Part shown: positions 59,534 through 64,000 of the stretch, piece by piece
Position numbering within the stretch: the first letter of the stretch is position 1
How the letters are laid out: each line of letters starts with the position of its first letter
Assembly: GCA_040218735.1 (NCBI GenBank)
Contig: JAVJQW010000020.1
Coordinates: 36,114-100,113, forward strand
Length of the DNA stretch: 64,000 nucleotides
From: Deltaproteobacteria bacterium
GTDB lineage: Bacteria > Myxococcota > Kuafuiibacteriia > Kuafuiibacteriales > Kuafuiibacteriaceae
Direction: 5' to 3'
Notes under the pieces: generated by a model
Databases searched by the model: none
What the model saw: only the letters and a program-made list of their open reading frames with translations
Told to the model about the DNA's origin: nothing
Program-made: the position numbers and the translations under genes

Positions 59534-61117
59534 TCAGGGGCAGTCGTACTTCAGCTCGACGACCGCGTTCGGCTCCGGCACCGCGAACTCGTCGAAGACC
59601 ACCGAGTTCAGCGCCGCGTCGTACGACCACCCGAAGTTCGGTCCGGGGCTCACGGCGACGCCGTCCACGTAGACCTCGAGCGACGCCGTGCTCGTCGGCA
59701 CCTGCGAGAGTCCGAAGATGAACTCATAGCCGTAACCCATGTCGCCGAGGTCGGTCAGGGCCGTCGCGTACGACGCCGCGCAGATCGAGTTGAACACGCC
59801 GCCCGTCGCTTGCGCAGCGCTCTGGTATCGCGGCCCTTCGGCGGCGGAGCCACCGGGACCGTTACAACCGCCGGGCACGTCGCCGCTGATCGCGTTGATC
59901 TGCAGGCGGCGGTCCGGGTACGCGCCCTTGGTCGCGCGCACGCTGTTCACGTAGTCGAGCCACGGATCGGGCGACTGCTCCGGCTCGTCCGACACCATGA
60001 TGACGGTGAGCGACGCGTCGCCGCGGTACAGCAGCGGGGCATCGGGATGCGTGAGGCTCTGCTCCATCGCGAGCAGGCCGGACTCGTCGGGCGACGCGCC
60101 GGGCGCGTTGGTGCCGAGCACGACGTTGTTCGCGAACTCGTTCGCGAGGTTCGGCGTCGTCGACGTCAGCACCTTGACGTTGCCCTGCAGCGCTCCGTTG
60201 TGACCCATCGCGGTCGTTCGCATCGTGATGGTGCCGATGTGGAAGTCGGTGTTGTTCTGGACGAGCGTGTCGAGCAGCGTCGGGAACTGGCTCGCGAGCG
60301 CCGCTTGCTCCTGACCCATCGAGCACGACGTATCCATCACGATGAGCAGGTCGACCATCGGCTGCGGCCGCTGCATCGCGGTGTCGCTGCAGTACGGGAT
60401 GCCGCCGTCGCGCGTCCCGGCGTCGGGCGTCGTGCCGCCGTCGGGCGCGCCGCCGGCGTCGGGCGTGGTGCCGGCGTCGGTCGGGGCGCTGCCGCCGTCA
60501 CGCGGAGGCGTCGAGGGGCCGCCGTCGCGCTGGCCGCTGCACATCGGCAACGCGGCGTCGACGCAGAGGCCAGACTGGTTGCACGCCTTCGCGGCGGGCG
60601 GCGGCTCGACGCAGGTCGCGTCGAGCGGATCGCAGACGACACACGGGTCGGCGCAGGCGAGCCCCGCGCACGGGTTGTAGACCTGGATGACCGCGTAGCT
60701 CGAGAAGTGCTCGAGCTCGGCGGTGACGACGCCGGCCACCGGATCCCAGGTCGAGCCGGGGACCTCTTCGATGTGGTCGCCGATGATCTGCGCGAACATC
60801 AGCTCCTCTTCGGACACGAGGCCCGTCACCCGCACCATGACTTTACGATCGAACGTGGCGCCGTCGGGACCGAACTCGTAGATCGGTGACTTCGTCCGCG
60901 GGAACAAACGCCCGCGTTGCGTGGTGATGGTGATGTCGGTGGACTGGTCGAGCGCCCCCGTGGGGAACCGCAGCTCGAGCCGCCCGTCGGCCGACAGCGC
61001 GATGCCGCCGGTGTTGTCGATCGTCGTCATCGTGCTCTCTTCGAGCACGGTGTTCTGGGCGCACGCGGCGCCGAACATGCTGGCGAACACCGCCATCCCG
61101 ATTCTCTTCAAAGTCAT
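59534..61117 (-). CDS. lipoprotein with ZU5-like domain, Cys-rich segment, DGG linker and vWA domain
   Basis: FGAAC; FPTGAL...YEFGPDG.TF...LEHFSSY; DLLIVMDTSCSMGQEQ, MVSDEPEQS. Confidence 0.85.
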   Translation of the reverse strand: MTLKRIGMAVFASMFGAACAQNTVLEESTMTTIDNTGGIALSADGRLELRFPTGALDQSTDITITTQRGRLFPRTKSPIYEFGPDGATFDRKVMVRVTGLVSEEELMFAQIIGDHIEEVPGSTWDPVAGVVTAELEHFSSYAVIQVYNPCAGLACADPCVVCDPLDATCVEPPPAAKACNQSGLCVDAALPMCSGQRDGGPSTPPRDGGSAPTDAGTTPDAGGAPDGGTTPDAGTRDGGIPYCSDTAMQRPQPMVDLLIVMDTSCSMGQEQAALASQFPTLLDTLVQNNTDFHIGTITMRTTAMGHNGALQGNVKVLTSTTPNLANEFANNVVLGTNAPGASPDESGLLAMEQSLTHPDAPLLYRGDASLTVIMVSDEPEQSPDPWLDYVNSVRATKGAYPDRRLQINAISGDVPGGCNGPGGSAAEGPRYQSAAQATGGVFNSICAASYATALTDLGDMGYGYEFIFGLSQVPTSTASLEVYVDGVAVSPGPNFGWSYDAALNSVVFDEFAVPEPNAVVELKYDCP

Positions 61118-61153
61118 CCTCTTCTCCCCTGTCTCCTGATTGCGTGCGTGCGG

Positions 61154-61185
61154 ATGAGTTGCCGGTCCGATTCGAACCGGGTCAG
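61154..61185 (-). promoter_or_regulatory. putative ECF-sigma promoter, copy 2
   Basis: CTGACCCG-N13-CGGCAACTCAT, matching the motif at 63502-63533. Confidence 0.75.
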
Positions 61186-62903
61186 GAATCTTCGATCTTT
61201 TTTCTCAGCGCCTTCGCCTCGGTGAGCGTGGCGCGGCTGCCGCCGAGTCGGTCGACGGCGTCGAGCAGCTCGAGCGCCTTCGTCGGGGCCTCGTCCGCGA
61301 GCTGCTTCGCGATCTCCAGGCGCGCGCGGCCCATCGCGGCGCCGCCAACATCAGCGTGACGTTTTGCGAGCGCGGCGGCCGCCGACGTGTCGCTTCGAGC
61401 GACGAGCCCGATCTCCAGCGCCAGCCGCTCCGGCCACAACGCCCGAGCGCTCAGCCGCTTCGCGCGGTTCAGCGCGGCGAGCGCGCCGTCGACGCGTCCC
61501 AGCTCGGTCAGCAGCTCGGCGTTCCTCAGCAGCGCTTCTTCGTGGAGCTTCTTGCCCTCCGGGAGCTCGACGACGCGCGCGTACAGACGCGCCGCGACCG
61601 CCGGATCGTTCGCACGTCGGCGCACGTCCGCCACGACCATCAGCGCGCTCGCCTCCACCTCCGGGATCGGCGCCTGCTCGAGCACCTCCTCGGCGAGACG
61701 CTCCGCCTGCTGGGCGTCACGACGAACGAGCGCACGCGCGGCGTCGACCTTGGCGCGATCCTCTTCGGTCTTCGCCGCCGTCGGCGGCGCCTTCGCGGGG
61801 GCGGCGGCGCGGGCGAGGGCGCCCGGCGCGTCTGCGTCCAGCGAGGTCTTGTCTTCGTCGTTGGTCGTCGCCTCACGCGCCGCCGTCTCTTGCGGCGCCT
61901 TCGCCGACGCGACGCGGCCCGCTCGCGCTGTCTTCGCGTCTGCTTTTGGCGCCTCCGCGGGCGCACTCCGGCCAGCAGAGGCCCGCGGCGTCGCCGCGTC
62001 CGCAACCGGTGCCTCCGCGCGAGCACTCCTGCCTGCAGGGGCCCGCGGCGCCGCCGCGTCCGCTCCCGGTGCCTCCGCGCGAGCACTCCTGCCTGCAGGG
62101 GCCCGCGGCGCCGTCGCGTCCGCTCCCGGAACCTCCGCTGGCGCTCCGCGGCCTGCGGGCGCGCGTGCACGGGAGGCCGCGCGCCGGCTGCCGCTCGCCT
62201 CTACGGTGTCCATGTTTGCGGCGTGTGTCGTGTCGTTCGTCCCGACCGCCCCCGCTTCGTCGGCGTTCACGTTCTCTTCCGCGCCGCCGGGCGCCGCGTC
62301 GCCGCTGGATTCGTTTGAAGCGATCGCATCGGTTCGTCGCGGCTCGCGCGACGCCACCGTCGTCCGCGTCGCCACGCCGACGCCGGCCTCGACGACTTCA
62401 CGGCGTCCGGCGACGATCCACGTCGCGCGGCCCGCGATGACCTCCAACCGAGTCACGCCGTCGACCACGACGACCGTCGCGCGACCGTCCTCCAGCTCCA
62501 CCGTGGCGTGCGGCGTCTCGAGCCGCACGGGATCGCGGGGCGGTGGTACGTTCGGCATCACCAACGTCGCGCGCCCGGTCGAGAGCTTCGGGGTCGCGCG
62601 ATCGACGTACGCGGCTTGGTAGTCGAACGCGATCGTGCCGCTGCCGCTCTTCGAGGTCATCGCGAGCGGGGCCTTTGGCGCCGACGGCGTCAGGACGACC
62701 ACCGCGGCCGCGACGCCCGCCACCGCGAGCCCCGTCGCGAGCGACCACTTCATCCACGGCAACGCGGGGCGCGCACCGCGCGCGGCTTCGATGTTCGCGA
62801 GGAGCTTCGCGCGCCGCACGGGATCGACGTTCGTCGGCCGCTGTCGGAGGGCCTCGGATGCGCGGTCGATGTGTGCGCGCGCGGTGTCGTCTCGCTTGGT
62901 CAC
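61182..62903 (-). CDS. putative anti-sigma factor (TM, FecR-like, low-complexity linker, TPR)
   Basis: Coupled to the ECF sigma gene (GTGA); single TM; RLETPHATV, TRLEV..G; C-terminal TPR-like helices. Confidence 0.75.
   Translation of the reverse strand: MTKRDDTARAHIDRASEALRQRPTNVDPVRRAKLLANIEAARGARPALPWMKWSLATGLAVAGVAAAVVVLTPSAPKAPLAMTSKSGSGTIAFDYQAAYVDRATPKLSTGRATLVMPNVPPPRDPVRLETPHATVELEDGRATVVVVDGVTRLEVIAGRATWIVAGRREVVEAGVGVATRTTVASREPRRTDAIASNESSGDAAPGGAEENVNADEAGAVGTNDTTHAANMDTVEASGSRRAASRARAPAGRGAPAEVPGADATAPRAPAGRSARAEAPGADAAAPRAPAGRSARAEAPVADAATPRASAGRSAPAEAPKADAKTARAGRVASAKAPQETAAREATTNDEDKTSLDADAPGALARAAAPAKAPPTAAKTEEDRAKVDAARALVRRDAQQAERLAEEVLEQAPIPEVEASALMVVADVRRRANDPAVAARLYARVVELPEGKKLHEEALLRNAELLTELGRVDGALAALNRAKRLSARALWPERLALEIGLVARSDTSAAAALAKRHADVGGAAMGRARLEIAKQLADEAPTKALELLDAVDRLGGSRATLTEAKALRKKIEDS
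61951..62166 (-). repeat. about 3.6 x 60-bp coding tandem repeat (APRAPAGRSARAEAPGADAA)
   Basis: GCCTCCGCGCGAGCACTCCTGCCTGCAGGGGCCCGCGGCG... with a 60-bp period. Confidence 0.9.
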
Positions 62904-63493
62904 GCCGTCGCCCCCGTCTTCTCCAGCCGCGTCATCACTTCATGCCTCGCCCGTTTGAGGCGCGTCCGCACCGAAGCCTCCGAGATGTTCAACACCGCCG
63001 CGATCTCCGGCGCCGTCATCCCCTCGACCTCGAACAGCACGAACACCACGCGCTTCTTCGGTTTGATTCGCAGCAGCGCGCTCCACACCAAACGCAGCGA
63101 CTCGCGCTGCGCGGCGGCTTCGTCGGGGGTCGCAGCGCTGGCCACTGGGCTCGCGTGCGAGGCTTCGAACCGCTCGATCATCTGCTTGTAGCGCCGACGC
63201 CCGCGCAGGTTGTGGAGCACGACGCGGCTCGCGATGCCGTACAGCCACGTCGTGATCTTGCTGTCGCCGCGAAACTTCGGCAGCGCCCGATCCGCGGCGA
63301 TGAAGACCTGCTGGACGAGGTCGTCGATGTCCGCCTCGCTGGTATGGGGGCCCATCAGCCGCGCGACGATGCGCGCCACGTCGTCGACGTGCTGGCGGAA
63401 CAGCGCCTCCGTCGTCCAGGGCTCGTCGCGTTCGATCGCGCCGGCCATTCTCGCCGCTGACTGCCACCCCATGGCCTCCACGTGGTTTCCCAC
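62900..63493 (-). CDS. ECF RNA polymerase sigma factor (start uncertain)
   Basis: DDLVQQVF, FRGDSK.TTWLYGIA, R.VFVLFEVEGM...EIA..L......V.TRL.RAR. Confidence 0.93.
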   Translation of the reverse strand: MGNHVEAMGWQSAARMAGAIERDEPWTTEALFRQHVDDVARIVARLMGPHTSEADIDDLVQQVFIAADRALPKFRGDSKITTWLYGIASRVVLHNLRGRRRYKQMIERFEASHASPVASAATPDEAAAQRESLRLVWSALLRIKPKKRVVFVLFEVEGMTAPEIAAVLNISEASVRTRLKRARHEVMTRLEKTGATA

Positions 63494-63501
63494 GAGCAGC
63501 C

Positions 63502-63533
63502 ATGAGTTGCCGAGGGGGTCGGGATCGGGTCAG
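63502..63533 (-). promoter_or_regulatory. putative autoregulatory ECF-sigma promoter, copy 1
   Basis: CTGACCCG-N13-CGGCAACTCAT directly upstream of the sigma gene. Confidence 0.75.
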
Positions 63534-64000
63534 AAAAATCGCGACGAATTCGGGAGGCCCGATCACCAACGATCATGGTGGGTTAGCGCTGGCGCCGTTC
63601 ACTCGGTGGACGGGCCTGCCTCGAGCCCTCGCCAGCCGGCGAGGGCGCCTCGACGTAGGGCAGCGCGCCGGCGCCGCGGAGCGACGCGTCCCTCGGCCGC
63701 CGTTTCGCGGGGCTGGTGAAGGAGGGGGTCCGCGGACGGCAGTGCCCCGAAGGAGGGCCGCGCTCTCGAACACCGCCTGGCATCGCTCTCACGAGCTGCC
63801 CTCCGCGCGTGCCGGTGGCGTCGGATGCGCTTCAAGCCGAGGACGCTCGTGACACACGTCTGGCCTGGTCCGGGTGGAGCGGCGCTCGTGAACCCTCCGA
63901 TCGATGAGGGCGTGACCCGCTCTGGGTCATGCAAGACAGGTTGCAAGCGTTCGGGCTCATGCATCGAAGGTGTCATCGAGCCCTCGCAACGCGATTTGGC

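Noticed and set aside
61150-61163. GGCAACTCATCCGC as a sigma54 promoter
   Set aside because: Spacing fits but TTGC is absent; better explained by the duplicated ECF motif
63599-63976. 125-aa minus-strand ORF and hairpin near 63621-63653 as a gene or IS end
   Set aside because: Atypical codon usage, no recognisable motif or terminal repeat, and truncated context at the window edge

Overview
A 64-kb, very GC-rich window from a Myxococcota-like bacterium. The assignment is inferred from Cys-rich repeats, vWA/Ig lipoproteins, a DUF4388/J-domain protein and a RecA1-like paralog. It holds about 45 genes. Housekeeping genes are argC, argB, recA, aat, ogt, comM, map, a proline dehydrogenase and dnaK. 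There are about 17 predicted lipoproteins, a hybrid sensor kinase and an ECF sigma/anti-sigma pair. I saw no rRNA, tRNA, CRISPR array or recognisable mobile element. The strongest signal is non-coding. recA and the comM-ogt operon share an ungapped 54-bp element (40/54 identical, built from TYCGA-N3-YCGRA palindromes) located 33-34 bp upstream of sigma54-type -24/-12 promoters. A looser third copy lies before a beta-propeller lipoprotein gene. This suggests a sigma54-controlled recombination/repair regulon that surrounds an AT-hook nucleoid-protein candidate. Other leads are a duplicated ECF promoter that identifies a sigma target, a degenerate ExbB/ExbD-like operon, a DOT1-like methyltransferase, a dehydrogenase with an H1-like tail, and a DUF1501 operon with a CX6CH protein. 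All family calls come from motif recognition by eye; no searches were run.
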